Assembly (NCBI RefSeq): GCF_009834535.1
Contig: NC_045696.1
Span: forward strand, 68,388,001 to 68,452,000
From: Camelus ferus
Lineage: Eukaryota
DNA: 64,000 bases
Reading direction: 5' to 3'
Shown: positions 13,291-26,890 of the stretch, piece by piece
Position numbering within the stretch: position 1 is the stretch's first letter
Layout: the number at the start of each line of letters is the position of its first letter
The notes under the pieces: generated by a model
Told to the model about the DNA's origin: nothing
What the model saw: only the letters and a program-made list of their open reading frames with translations
Databases searched by the model: none
Made by a program: the position numbers and the translations under genes

Positions 13291-15295
13291 TGGGGGGTTG
13301 GTCAGAGACATCATTGAGGAGCCTGGGTTTGAGTGATGCTCTGAGCCATGGGGAGGACCTGAGTGACCAGAGGCTGAGCAAGGAATGCCTGGGGAGAGAG
13401 GCACCAGGCAAAGGCCAGGTGGGGCCCCATGGGGATGGGAAGGACCATACTAACGGACTTACTCTCTGTCAGCATATACCTTCCTGCATTTATTTCTTCC
13501 TATTGTCTATTAGTATAAAGGGAAAATCCCACAGCTGCTTTGTATAATAGAAATCTCAGGGATAGAATTCAGAGTCACAGACCTAAATCTAGAGGTGTGA
13601 CCGTGGACGAGCCGCCTAACCTCTGTAACTCTCTGCTGGTTCATCTCCCAAAGAAGGGGAACCACACTGGCTCGCGTTCTTACGGGGCTGTTGTGAAGAT
13701 CAAACAAGGTGAAGGATGGGAAAGTGCTTCTCACTCGGAAAGCTGGGCGATTGCAGTGGGGATTAGTGAAATGCATGAGCGTGCCGTTGAAGTAATCTTT
13801 CAGACTCACATGTAGATGATCTACCTCCGTGGCAAGGAAAGGAGGGGGGTGCTCCAAATCGGTGACTCATTCAGAAGGCCTTCATCGGGGCTTTCGAATG
13901 TGGGAGGGGCATGGGGAGGAGGGGTTGGAAGATGTACCCTCCTGAGGACGTGGCTAGTGTCCAAATAAGGTGCTATTTAGTGCGTGTGCTATTAGTAAAT
14001 AACAATCCCATTTGTTACAGTTGCTCAGGCCAAAGAGCGTGGAGCCACGCTTGACTGCTGTTGTTCCCTGTGCACCAGGTTCTGGGGATGACTTCTCTGT
14101 CCATCCTTACACACATTCATGAGTTGGGTATTATTCCCCTCTTCTTTAGTGATGAGAAAACCAAGGCTCAGGGAAGTTAGGTTAACTTGCCCAGGGTCAC
14201 ACGCATATTTGGTGTCAGAGCCGGAAGAAACTAGCTCTGTTTCCAGAGTCTGTCTCTTTCCACAGGCTGTCTTTTCAGAGATCTTGTTGGAATGAATTCA
14301 GTAGCCAACAGTCTCAATCACCTGAATTTGGGCAAGTGAATAATACACGAGTCTAACATCAGGGGTCCAGACAGATAGCAGACTCTGAGCTATTAAATAT
14401 AATTCTAAAAGTGAAAAGGCAGGTCCGTTTGCCACCTGTGAATCTAAACCCTTCTCTAAGCCGCTGCCTTGTGCTATGACTGTTTTCTCATGGCAGTATA
14501 CGGTAACAATTCAGAAGAAACCAGGGTTTTGAGCTAAATTTTCGATAGAGCATAAGAATAATATTGCTCATAGCAATACCCTCTGGTCTTTCTAAGCATC
14601 AGAAATTTTTTTAAAAAACAGTGGTATAAGAAATGCCATGATTTTTTTGAAGGATTCGTGATCCAGTCTAGATTTTCACTGGGGACACTTCTGTGCAACG
14701 TGCCTGTTACTGACCACATCATGGGGCTTAGTCCACGTCCACTCTGTTTACATGTGCAGGCATCTTCACGTGCATGAGTACCACGTATGGTGACAGGTGT
14801 GATTTTGGTAATTATGTATGTAAATTCACTTGGGTGAGTAATGAATGTACAGGTGGATGGATACTGGGGCCACCAGAAGGTGTACTAGGCACCTACTGGG
14901 TGCTGGTGGAAGGAAATGGGAGGCATATCTCTTTGGATTGGCCTCAGATAACCATAAGAAATATATACAGATGATTTTAAAGAAGTGATCCTATAGGGAA
15001 GAACTACTTGGATTTGGAGGCAAAGGAGGACCATTTTTTCATTAGTGTGAAGCACTAGTTAGAGTGTTAGGGGCGAAGGAAGTCTGAGGAATCCAGTGCA
15101 CTTAGCCATTTCAGTTTGCAAAACTGAGCTGCATTAGAGAGGGTGACACAGAGCTGCATAGGCAGACTTTTTAAAAAATAAGAACCCCTCGCCACCACCG
15201 TTTTCTGAAGGTGCCCTGAAACCCTGAAAAATGGGTTTTTGCAAGTTTGCCGAAACCCTGCCAAGATGGGGCAAGGTCAAGAGCTTGGGCTTTGT

Positions 15296-15448
15296 TTGTC
15301 TATTCTACATACACCTGTCAGTATCCACAAATTTCGAACTCCCAGTCTGTCCCCTCCCACCCTCCTCCCCCTCGCAACACTGGAAACTGACACAACACTG
15401 TAAACTGACTACAACTCAATAAAATAAAATTAAAACAAAAAAAAAAAA
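15296..15448 (+). mobile_element. short 5'-truncated, 5'-inverted L1 insertion
   Basis: Perfect 17-bp TSD AAGAGCTTGGGCTTTGT (15279-15295, 15449-15465); L1 3' terminus with AATAAA and poly(A); 5' half is inverted L1 3'UTR. Confidence 0.85.
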
Positions 15449-16956
15449 AAGAGCTTGGGCTTTGTATTGAACTCTAACAGGGGCTGAATACCCCTCATCT
15501 GCTTTTAGCTCTTTGATCTCAGGGAAACTATTTCCATTTGGAACCTCTGGTTCTTGGTTTCTGCAGTGAAGACCCCTACCTATGTCTCCCATCAGTATTA
15601 AATTAGATTAGGTCACAAGGAGCTCAGCAGAGCCCACAGTATCTCACTCCCCCCAACCCATAAAGCCTCCCCCAACCTCTAACTTCCTCTGCATCCTTGG
15701 GCAAGGCACTTAGCCTTCTCTCTTCTCATCCACCACATTCAGGTGTTGGATCAGATAATTTCTAAGTTTCCATTAAATGAGTCTAGTCCTATTTTTTAAC
15801 AGGTGGCTGGGATAGCTAGACGGTATATCAAATTGTCTATTTTCTACACATTTATGTTAATGAGCCATTTTCTGTGCTTTACCACATTTAATCCTCAAAA
15901 TCCTTCAGGCACTGGTCTGAAGACTTACCTGTGAGGGAGCCATTGCTTTCCCCTTTTGTAAATGAGCAAACAGGCAAGAGTCATGGAGAGAAAAGTTCTC
16001 AGACCACTGCTTTGGCGTCCAGCTTGCTGGAAAGACTCTTCTAAAAGGCTTAACAACAGCGTTAAACACAAGTGGAAACTTCCGAATTTTCACTCCATCC
16101 ATCCCCCTCCTCTTGCACTAAAAGATTTAGTCATCTTCTCTCTATTTTTTTGTTGTTTTTTTCCGAAGTTGCCATTCAAGGCTGAGGTCATGACTCGCCT
16201 ATGAGCCTTAATCAAATCTGGAAGGCAACAGGACTGAACACAGGAATCTTCCCTACCTAATTCTCGGACTGAACATGTACAAACAAAGTTGATGCTTGAG
16301 AATCCAGCCCTTGCTGCCTGAGGCCGTGGGGGAATATCTGTGAATTTTTATTGACTCTTTCCTGATCCTCCTTCTTTGGCATTTGACATACTTGTCACTG
16401 GATCCATGGTACAGCCAGTCTCTTTCTCTGGCCACTAATTTATATTTCCCCCAGAGGGCCTAGAACTCTGTCCTACACAGTGGGTGCTCACTGAGCTGGA
16501 GATGGTACTGCCAACCAGTAAGTCCCAGATTACATCAAGAATTTCAGCAATTGCACTGAATTTCTGGCCAGCCTTGAGGATTTGGTCAGCCTTGTTCTCA
16601 GCCTTTCCCCTCATGGATTCACAAAGCCTAGTTTCAACTAATTCCTAATAATGCAATTACATTTTTGGAAATTGAGCCAGGTTTCATATTTAAATGTTGA
16701 CTTTCAGCACGCAAAAAAGGTTGGCCAAATGCAGGAGTGACTGGAAGATTTTGGCAAAGAGATTAATTGGGATTTTCCATTTTTAGAGCAGCTGTGTGTG
16801 CTCATGCACAGGTAATACTCTGGTCTCAGGGGTTCCCAGGGACCAAAGCGTGGGCAAAGCATGAACCAGAAAACCAACACGCCAGATAGGAAATTATTAG
16901 TATTCTCAAAAAGAAAATGAAAAGTAGAGGCAGAATTGAACTATTTCCTCTTTTAA

Positions 16957-17102
16957 GGAGTTTCTTTCGGGGGGCATGGGGAGAGGTAAGTCGGTTTATT
17001 TATTAACATTTTGCTTTAATTTAGTGGAGGTACTGGGGATTGAACCCAGGGCCTTGTGCATGCTAAGCATGTGCTCTACCACTGAGCTAAAGCCTCCCCA
17101 CC
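16957..17102 (-). mobile_element. tRNA-derived SINE (camelid Vic-1-like)
   Basis: Same head as the other copies; degenerate TSD TATTTCCTCTTTTAA (16942-16956) / TGTTTCTTCTTTTAA (17104-17118). Confidence 0.87.
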
Positions 17103-17594
17103 TTGTTTCTTCTTTTAAAATGCAATAATACCTACCTCTCAGGGCCATTGTGGGGATGAAATTAGAACATATATGAACAGGCTAGCTCAGAGCCTTGCTC
17201 AGAACCAGGCGCAATGCATGTATTTCATTGTTAATACGACAACATGGGAGAAGGCACTGGTCTGAAGTTAAATGACTGGGTTTTGAACTTCACGCTGCAG
17301 CTCACTAGCCCAGCTGGTGCCTTCCCATCTTGAGTCCCAATTTCCTCATCTCTCTAATTGAAATAATAATCACAGCATGCTTCACAGGGTCAAAATGAGA
17401 AGCATATTTTAAAGAATGGCTGAGAAAGTTCTTTGCAAACTAGACAGCTTTCTAGGCTAGATAAAGCATGATTAGGTGTATACCTAATCTCTGTGCCACT
17501 TTTTTCAGCTCTTCTCTGTCTGAAATGCCCTCCTTCCCCACACCTCCTCTTCTTCTAAGCTGAATGTTGACGCCCTAACCTTCATTCATAAGTC

Positions 17595-17830
17595 AGGAGA
17601 GCATAATGGCTAACAGCAAAGACTTACATGGTGAGGGTTCAAACGCCCCTCTCTGCTGTTTGTGAGCTGTTTGACCTTAGGCAAGTTACTCTTTGCGCTC
17701 TGGTTTCTCATCTGTAAAGCGAGGATAACAACACTCGCCCCTCCATCCTATAATGTTGCTCTGAGTAAATAAGCTCACAAGTTTGAAGTACTTAGGTCAG
17801 TATGTATTAAGGCTGATACATATGTTAGCT
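17595..17830 (+). mobile_element. MIR SINE
   Basis: GGGTTCAAAC...TGACCTTAGGCAAGTTACT...GGTTTCTCATCTGTAAAG..GGATAACAA. Confidence 0.7.
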
Positions 17831-19049
17831 CTGATTAGGTCAAAGATTTGTTTATTATTTTGATGGATATGTTCTTTACTTTGCATTATTTTATTATTGT
17901 GTTCAAACTCCACCCCTCTAAGAAATGTTTTTAGATCTCTTAGTCTGAACAAGTCATAGCCCCGTATTCAGCTGAAGTATACTGGTTGTAGCTCAGTGAC
18001 AGCCCTGGCCACCGCTTCTGTGTAAACTGCCATCTCTCTCCTGCACTGGCCTATAGCCCTGAGCGACCGAGACTTCTTTTGCCTCTGTACACTTGGTTGA
18101 TGCACATCAAATATTTGCTGTATTGGACAGGAAGTATGCAAATGTAGGCAGGCGAATAAACCTATATATACTGGACAATAGCTAACAGCAACCTTTACGT
18201 GAAACCTGTATTTTAAAGACCGAACACATTTATAACATTAAGCCCCATACCTGACATATAGTAAATGTGTTTACTTGGAAGCATAGAAAGATAACTAAAG
18301 GTACAGTAAGTCCAGTGAAAGGTTTCAGTTTATTGGGTCCCTCTCATTCAAAACATACATTAGGAAAGTAAGTGACTTATCATCTAATAAGGGCTAGATT
18401 AAGATACATACCAGGGAAAGTAAAAGTAGCTTCTGACCTCCCGGCACTCACATTCAAGAAGAGAGACATTCCTACTACTAAGTGATTACAGAGGCCCTGG
18501 GTGCAAAGCTGGGTAGGAGGGATGTGCACAGGAGTGCGCCTTCAGCAGCTCAGTCACTACTCGAAGGCGTGGGCCTCCTTGATAAAATTGCCCAGGTATG
18601 TTCATTTGGGATGACTGCACCTTCTTTTCAATAACTAGGGAACCAGCAGAGAAGGCTCTAAGCCACCGAAAGGAAGAGGGGAGCAAGTTAGTTATGAGGA
18701 TGTGGTGGTTTACACACAGCACATATAAAATAAAAAATAAGAGCGGTGACACCATAAGCCACATCCATAGGATTATATCTCAATAGACTTCTTAATCTCA
18801 ACCATTTTGGTATTAAATGTTGATAAAACACTGTAAAACAAAAAAAGTGCTGGCCCAAAGGGGAGACCTAATCTCCTATTAACTCCACTTCCACCAATGG
18901 CTTCACTTTAGCTCCCAATTTTGCTATCAGTTGAGAAATGAGCTTGGACTGGAGTATTTCTAAGGACCACTTCATGTTTTTTAATTTTATTTTTAAACAC
19001 CTGGTCTGATATAAAAACCAATCTTTCTTTCTCACATCAAATACTACCT

Positions 19050-20060
19050 CTATTTTGATGAATCCCAAATTGATGTCTCCAAACCAGACATCTCTTTTGA
19101 GATCAGGTCTCAAATACCCAACTGCCTACTCTGACACCTGCCTGGGAGACATCTCCAACACACCCTGTTCAAAACTGAGTTCTTTATTGCCAGCAATTCC
19201 CCCAAATCCCCTGCAAACTTCTCCTTTGCAGTGTTTCTAACTCAGTAAATAGAAACACATCCATCCAATTGCTTAAACTGGAAACTTTCTTGATACTCCT
19301 CTCTCCTTCACTACCCACTCCTGCTCAATCCAATCTTTCTTTCAATCTTGTCAATTCTACCTTCAAAGTATGTCTCAAGTCTTCCCGTACCTCACCGCCT
19401 ACACTGCTCCTCCCTAGTCCCAGGACTCCTCCCTCTTTCTTTTTAATTGAAGCATAGTTGGTTTACAGTGTTGGTTCATTTCTGGTGTACAGCACAGTGA
19501 TTTAGTCCTAAAGAAGCTCCTCATGCTTCTTTCTAAGTTATCTTCCACACAACAGCTGCGGTGCTTTTCTTAAAATATAAATCAGATCATGGCCTCACCC
19601 TTCCTAAAAAGCTTAAAGGTCCAGCTCCTGACCCTCCTTCCAAATTCATCTACTACTCTCTCCGTTTGTACTGTGCTGTCTTCTATCTGGCCTCTGCACC
19701 TGCCATGTTTCTACCCCCTTTAGGGTTATTGACCTCTGTTCCCTCTGTCCAGCACACTTTCGCCCTCACTCTTGGCCTGGATGACCCATATTGTTTTTTC
19801 AGATCTCAGCTTAAAGGTGACTTTAATAGAGGGGCCTGTACGTTAGGTAAATTACATTCTTCCTCCACCTCACAGCACCTCATTTTTTCCTGTATCTCAG
19901 TTACCGTAATTCATCACACATCCTTGTCTGTGGATTGGCTTACAATGCTTATCTCCTCAACTAGACTACAGGCTCCTCCGGGAGCAGGTCTGTGATTGTT
20001 CTTTGTATATGCAAAGTCTAGCCTGGTGCTTAGCACATAGTAGGTGCTCAAATCATAACT
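19050..20060 (+). mobile_element. LINE2 fragment
   Basis: ATATCCAACTGCCTACT-like, AAATCAGATCATG, CTAGACT...CTCC, CCTGGTGCTTAGCACATAGTAGGTGCTCAA terminus. Confidence 0.75.
19436..19506 (-). mobile_element. L1 3'-terminal fragment inside an L2
   Basis: TTTTAATTGAAGCATAGTTGGTTTACAGTGTT...TTTCTGGTGTACAGCA is homologous to 25560-25620. Confidence 0.7.
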
Positions 20061-23000
20061 TTCGTGGCTGCATATTGATAGGACTTGAAAATAACAACAT
20101 ATGTTTATTCTTTGCTGAAAAGTCCAACCAAATGGCTGGTAACATAGGGAAACATAGTTGAATATTTTCTGTTTCATCAGTCTTTTTAGTTCCTAACCCT
20201 TAGTGTCTTGGAGCACCCCTCCATTTCCTTACTGACCCTTCCCAGTTTTCAGCGTTGTTAAAGGAAATATCTTGGTGTTACAAGTTCCTTGGCTTTGCTC
20301 CCCTTAGACACATTTCACTTTGTGCAGGAATTAGGCTTCCAGTGTTGTGTTGGGTGAGCAGTGTTGGAGGCAGGATGGGGTAGAAAGGGGGGGAAAAAAG
20401 GAACTATATGGGAGAGGTGGTTACCCTTGTACAGCTTGGACATCATTCCATCATTCCATGTTGTTGGAGAGTTTTTTCTTTTTTAATGCCATGTATATCC
20501 AGTGTTCTCTTCTTTCCACCTCTAGGAATCCAAAAATAAATGAGCTGTTGATCATGGGCATGGCACTGGCAGAACTGGCAAGAGCGGGCAAAGGTGCTCC
20601 CGATTCTAGGGAATCTGCTCTTGCCGCTGCCACGCACGCCCTGGCCCCTTTGGAGATTATCGTGCTCCTGTTTCTGCTGAGTCCACTGGGTGCTTTGTTC
20701 CTTTTAAGCGCCTATTGTTATAGATTGCAGGAAGTGGGACACGGACTTTTGAGTAGTTGTTTTGCTTTGTTTTTTAATACCTCTGACAGAGGTCCGTTGC
20801 TTCATCTGCTTAACCATCTCCTTGTTCTGCTACTGGAGTGAAGCCCTTACCTCCTCTCCAGCACCCATGCTCGTATTTGCTTCCCTCTTCCCTATCAAGA
20901 CCAACCTGCTCCTAATCCCTTTTTATGCTACTGTGTATTTACCCCCTATTTACCTTTTCATATTTACCGTTGGTGGGATCTGCTCTGCATTTGTTGCAGA
21001 GACAGGAGGGATAGACTGATGCATGGATTCTATTAGCAGGACGAAGTCGGTCCAAGATTCTTCCTGTCATTTGGGTCAGGCCTTTGGTACAAAGTTATCC
21101 TCCCTCCCTGTTTGAGTAACTCACCCATCAACTGAAGGACTTGAACAATATATAGAAATCCACCTTGTTGATCCTAGAAAACAGCCATGAGAAGTTTGCA
21201 CTTTGTTTATACCTTTTTCTAAGACTAAAGTTAGCTCAAAACAAAGGATTTGTTCCCTTTGGGTGCAGGGGAGGGGTAGGGAGGGTCTAAGGTAGAAAGA
21301 GGAGGAAGAGGAAGAAGGTACCAAAAAGGAGGATCTAATACTGGATTTCAGTTCCCACTACTGGGAAATGGTTCATTTCCAATTCTGCATTTCAAGAATA
21401 TCAAGACTTTCTGATGATCTTTTTTATTCTTTTTGGATCAGTATGAATCCTTAGCTATAACTTATGTCTTCCTGTACTGAAAGGGTTAAAGTATTTGGGG
21501 AAGTGAAATAACATGTTTAAGGATGGTTACAAAGTCAAGACTGGAGCCTCAAAGACATTGGTCCCCAGATATAATCTGGGTCCCAGAATCAGTAATGGAA
21601 TAACCTGACGGCTTCACTTCACTGTGATGGTTCACTTATTAGTTTGTCCATTCTCTCAGTGTTCAACAACCACTTTGAAATGCACATGATCATTTTCAAA
21701 GTACTTTCCTTTCCAAATGTACTTGATTCTCACGGGAATCCTGCGATGCAGTCCCATAACAGAACTTACCATTTTAGAGAACAAGAAACTGAGACTCACA
21801 GAAGTTAGACAGTTGTGGAACTTTAACTGGAACCCAGATCGTCAGACTTCACAGTGAATTCTCTTTCAGTTCTACCTACTTTAATTCAATCAAGATTTCC
21901 TAAGTTAGTGCCATGTGCTGGACACAAGTCTAATACAACAAAAATGAAGTACTCTTGTCTTTGAGGAGCTTCTAGCCTGTCAGAGGAAGGCAGATATCAA
22001 GGCCCGGGTGTGGAGTGGAGGTAAGTGCTGGGGTCCTTGGAGAATGCTGAGAGTCTGGGGTAGAAAGCTGTTTAGGAGACGAAACTGGAAAGAAATCTGA
22101 GGGCTCTAAGGAGCTTGATTTCATGGCCGACCATCACCATTGTCAAATCTTCTCAGTATATCTTCCCAAACTATGCCCTTTATTAATGGCATTATTAATC
22201 TTTCTCTGTTCCATTTTCTTTTGAGCATTCTACTGGCTTTTCAGTACTGGTGTTTCTAAAGGGTAGGGTTGTTCTTAGCAACCTTGCTGTTTAGACACCA
22301 GAAGCAGCTGTATTTCCAACTAATTTTAAGACTGCCGAAACTTTGGTGGTTTTATGCATGTGCCATTTTTATATCCAACTCATCACTGTCCGGCCACAGA
22401 ATAGAAATGGTTACTACTCCTGGCACATAGGCCCAACCCTGAGGCAGGCTGGGCCTTAGGAACTAGGGTGCTATGGAAACAGGTCTGGATGCAGCGCTGG
22501 CACCTGTATAGATCACCTGTTAGTGTATCATCAAAGGTATGGGATACCCAGAGGGTTGGAGTAAGCCTGGGCTTAGCTGAGTAGGCATCAGGATGTATTA
22601 GGGGTCCAGATCCTGTTAAAGCTGGTGCTGGGTCCTGGTGTCCAGACTGTGGTTGTTACTTGAGGCTGTGTGCTTTGGAATAGCATGATGCTGGGTGGCC
22701 TGTCTGCTCCTGGTAGAACCCTTCAGGCACATGAAGATAGAAAAGTCAGAACCCAGGCCAAGCTCTGGTCTGAAGGCTGAGCCAACCAGTGATGGTGGTG
22801 GAGGACACAGCGGGGACCCTGCATGCCCCAGGCTCTCGCGGGCCTGTCCAGTCTTGGGTAGTGGGTATTACTGGATGGTACACTGAGGCAGCTGGGCTAT
22901 GTCCTGTTCTGATCAATACCGGATGAAAAACTCAGAGAGTGGACCTGCCCAAAGAAGGGAGTCGATGCCTCACACTGGTGTTGAGGTGGGAGGTGGGAGG

Positions 23001-23989
23001 TGGGACACAGCTCCTGAGAAGAAACCAGAGAGTTCTATTCAGCTCAGAATCAGGAAGTCTGGGGCCCAGCCTAGCAAGTGGACTATCCTCTTGCACGACC
23101 TAAAGCAAGTTTTGGCATGTTTCTGGGCTTCTGTTTCCTCAGTAGACTCATGCCCTCTGGGGTCAGAGTCCCCTGTTGTATTTACACTTGTTTCCCCAGC
23201 ATCTAGCACATCGTCTCTCCCACGAGACTGCTGATGAACTGGGTGTTGTGTGAATGCGGAAGCTGAGCATGAGCAATCCCATCGGCGGCTTAAAGGAAGA
23301 GGGGCTTATCAGAACCGTGGTCCTTACCTCACCTCCTAGTTCCTGATGCCCACCCCCATGCTCTTTCCTGAGAACCAGACATTCAAACAATGGTACAGGC
23401 ACCCCCTAACCCCACCAAAGTTCCTAACAGCCTTGTGATTCTTTGAAGAAAAAAAAAAAATGATGTAATTTTTTTTAATTGTCTTCCTTAGAATTCCCTA
23501 GTCAAACATGTTATAAGAACCATGAACAGATCCCCTGTAGTCCCAGAAGGATCTCAGAGAAGGTCTATTTACCAGGAGAGCTCCTGGGTGGCCTCACAGA
23601 GAGAGCAAAGTAACCAGGAAACCCTCTGACATTTGCAAATGCTGTGAGACACCAACAAACAAGATAAGCACACCTAGAGGAAGGGGGCGGGGATAGATCA
23701 CAGGTTTACAGGGTCTGTTTAATCTTGTTAGGGTCAATGTGTTCAGAACGGTCATGTTTTATTGGTGTGGAGACACGTGTCTCCCTGAATGAAAGGTCTT
23801 CTCCAAGAGAGAGTGGGCAGTTCTCACTTTTGCTGTAGGCCCTGAAGATGTGGAGGTCAAACATTCCAGTCTGTGAATTAGAGGACTAATTGCTTGCACT
23901 TAAAAGACTTTACTTAGGGCTTTTCAGTGTCTTGAGTGTGTGCTTGTGAGTTAGATAGATAGATATTAAACTAATATATCAACATTACA

Positions 23990-24600
23990 CAATTTGGAAG
24001 ACAAAGAATAAAGGAGAAAAAAAGCATCCATAATCTACTACCCTAAGACAGACAATGTCAATAATTTCGTTGTTGTTGTTAATTGTGCACTTTTATTTAT
24101 ACCCAGACTAATTTTTATGTAGAGTATTTTTAAACATAGCTATAAATATACTATATACATATATTATATATAAAATATATATCCTATACATGTATGAAGT
24201 AGGATTACATATAATACATACAAATAATTTTATATGTAATCCTACTTATTTTTACTTTATCTGATACCATAAACATTTTCCAATTCTAATTTTTAAAAAT
24301 TAGTTGTATTATAATTTATTCAACTTTTCTCCACCCAACACCCTTGCCCCCAGCCCAGTCATGATGGGACATGTATGTTATTCAACTTTTATGTTGTTAG
24401 ATATAACGCTTGGATACGTGTACTCAGTCAAAGTTTTTTTTCCCCCTATAAGTTGAATTGCATCTTGAAGATAAATTCCAAGAAGTAGAATTTACTTTGT
24501 CCAGATGACTATGTTTATGATTCTTGAGACATGCAATCAAACAGATTGCTGAGAGTCATGGAGTAGGGTAGGATTCAGTCTCACCGCATTTCACCAAGAA
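23990..24600 (-). mobile_element. highly diverged L1 (L1ME-like) fragment
   Basis: AT-rich, with remnants such as CATAATCTACTACCC, TGATGGGACATGTA and GATAAATTCCAAGAAGTAGAATT. Confidence 0.5.
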
Positions 24601-25459
24601 TTGTTTAAATGTCAGCCTCCATAGTGAATATAAGTGTTGGTTCAAAGATCTTATAACCATTTGGCAGAGAAGTTGATACAAGTGGGAAAAGGTGAAGGGA
24701 AAGAAGAAAGAGACACTTAAAATTCAGTACAGCACTGGAACTGGCCACCATGGGTAACTGACAATTGGTTAGAAATGGATGAGGCATATCTGAAATAATA
24801 TATATCAATGTAATAGCAGTCCTCAGTTTACTAAAGTGAGTTTACTAAAATAAATGATTCAAGGTGGACTGGTTGATGGAAATCTACTACTAATGTGCGG
24901 GATGGTCTGGGCAAACCATTTCCTCTCTGGATTTTTCTGGTTTAGATGGTGGGGTCATATTAATAATGAAGACAAACATAGAGTTGTGGGGGCCAGCCAG
25001 CTGTTCTTCTCTAGACCCAGAGTTGAACTCTGATGAGACCCACAGTTCTATTGGAGTTGTACAGTGAAAAACCAGACATTCTATGAAGCTCTTGGGGCTC
25101 CCCCAACCTCAGTACTGAAACTGCAAGTATTATACATCCCATATGGACTGATGGCTAGATCTTTCAAAGCCTTGTTTCCCTGCAGAGTTTTCAGAAAGAA
25201 ATGTGGAGTAAGCAGATTAATGAGGTGGCCTGGGTCATCTACCACCATGACAACATTTGGCCTTTGGTGCCTCCCTAGTGTTCTCCTGACAGTTCTTTGT
25301 CCAGATGGTGACACAGAAATTAGCTAAATTGCTTTCAATTTAGTAAACTAAAGGAATAAATGCAGGTTCCCCCAGATTTCAAAAGGGACCTGGATCACCT
25401 TTTGGAGATTTCTGGTACTGAAATAAAGAAACAAAACCCTTTCCCCCAATTTTTTTTTC

Positions 25460-26890
25460 AAAAATATTTTTTAAACAAAAAATTGAAAAGATAGTACAGA
25501 GAACAACCCTGTACCCAGTTTTTTGTATTATCAACATTTTATATTAGTACGGTACTTTTTTTAAATTGAAGTGTAGTCAATTTACAATGTTCTGTTAATT
25601 TCTGGTATATAGCATTGTGATTCATTTATTCATTCGATACACACACATATGTATGTTCCTTTTCATATTCTTTTTCATTATAGGTTATTACGAGGTACTG
25701 AGTATAGTTCTATTTGCTATACAGTAGGTCCTTATTGTTTATCTATTTTATATATAATAGTTTAGTACCTGCAAATCCTGAACCCCCAATTTATTCCTTC
25801 TCCCCTCTCCCCTCTATAGTGGTAAGTTTGTTTTCTGTATCTGTGAGTTTGTTTCTGTTTTGTAAATAAGTTCAGTTGTGTCCTTTCTCCCCCATATGGC
25901 ACATTTGTAACAATTAATGAAACAATACTGATACAATATTATTAGCTAAATTCCTTCATTTATTCAGATTTATCTAGGTTTGCCTTACGTCTTTTTCTGT
26001 TCCACAATCCCATCTGGGATACTACATTAACACTAAGAGGTCACATCTTCTTAGGCTACTCCTGGCAGTGGCAGTTTCTCAGACTTTCCTTGACAGTTCT
26101 GAGGAGTACTGGCGAAGTATTCTGTTGGATGTTCCTCTGTTGGAATTTGTCTAATACTCTTCTCATAAATAGGCAGGGGGTAAGGGAGGAAGACCACAGA
26201 GCTAAAAAGCCTTTTCCATCATCTCATATCAAAGGTACATGAAATCAACATGATTTATAATTGCTAAGGTTGACCTTGATGACTTGGCTGGTGTAGTGTT
26301 TGTCAGGTTTCTCCACATAAAATTATTTCATCCTCCCTTCCTCCCTTCCCATCCTGACTCTCCTCTTTGGAAGGAAGTCACTATGCATAGCTCACACTTA
26401 AGGAAAGAGGAATTATCCACTCCTCCCCATCCTTGAGGGTAGGATTTACAAAAATATCTATCTACATAAGTTATTTGGAATTCTGCTAGGAAGAATTGTC
26501 TCTTTTCTCCCATTTATTAATTTATTCAATTTTTATATCAGTATAGATTCATGGATGGATATTTATTTTATACTTTGAATTATAATCCAATATTACTCAA
26601 TTTAATTTTTTTTCTCAAAACTTTCCAGTTTTGGCCATTAGAAGCTCTTCCGATGGCTCCAGTGTCTCTTTGAAATACCCCCCATTGATGTAGCTTTTGT
26701 TTGCTTGCTAGTTTTTTAGCAATTCCTTATTTACGGGGCTACAAGATGTTCCATTCTAATTTTATATACTTGCTGCCCTTGCCCTACATCTAGAAGCAGC
26801 CACGCCTTGCCCTCCACTACTGGAGAGTGGTGTCAGACATCAGCACCTGCCACTAGCTGTGCTCTTTGCTGCTGCAGCGACATTGCTTCT
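25460..26890 (-). mobile_element. old L1 (L1MC-like) 3' region
   Basis: CATTTGTAACAATTAATGAAAC..TATTATTAGCTAAA..TTTTTCTGTTCC signature; homologous to 55200-55460. Confidence 0.7.
25556..25885 (-). mobile_element. L1 3'UTR fragment (younger) nested in an older L1
   Basis: Starts with a T-run and AATTGAAGTGTAGTCAATTTACAATG, continues through GCTATACAGTAGGTCC and GTTTGTTTTCTGTATCTGTGAG; typical antisense L1 3' end of ungulates. Confidence 0.85.

Noticed and set aside
20347..20841. 164-aa hydrophobic ORF or possible processed pseudogene
   Set aside because: Non-ATG start, no recognisable homology on either strand, no poly(A) with TSD.
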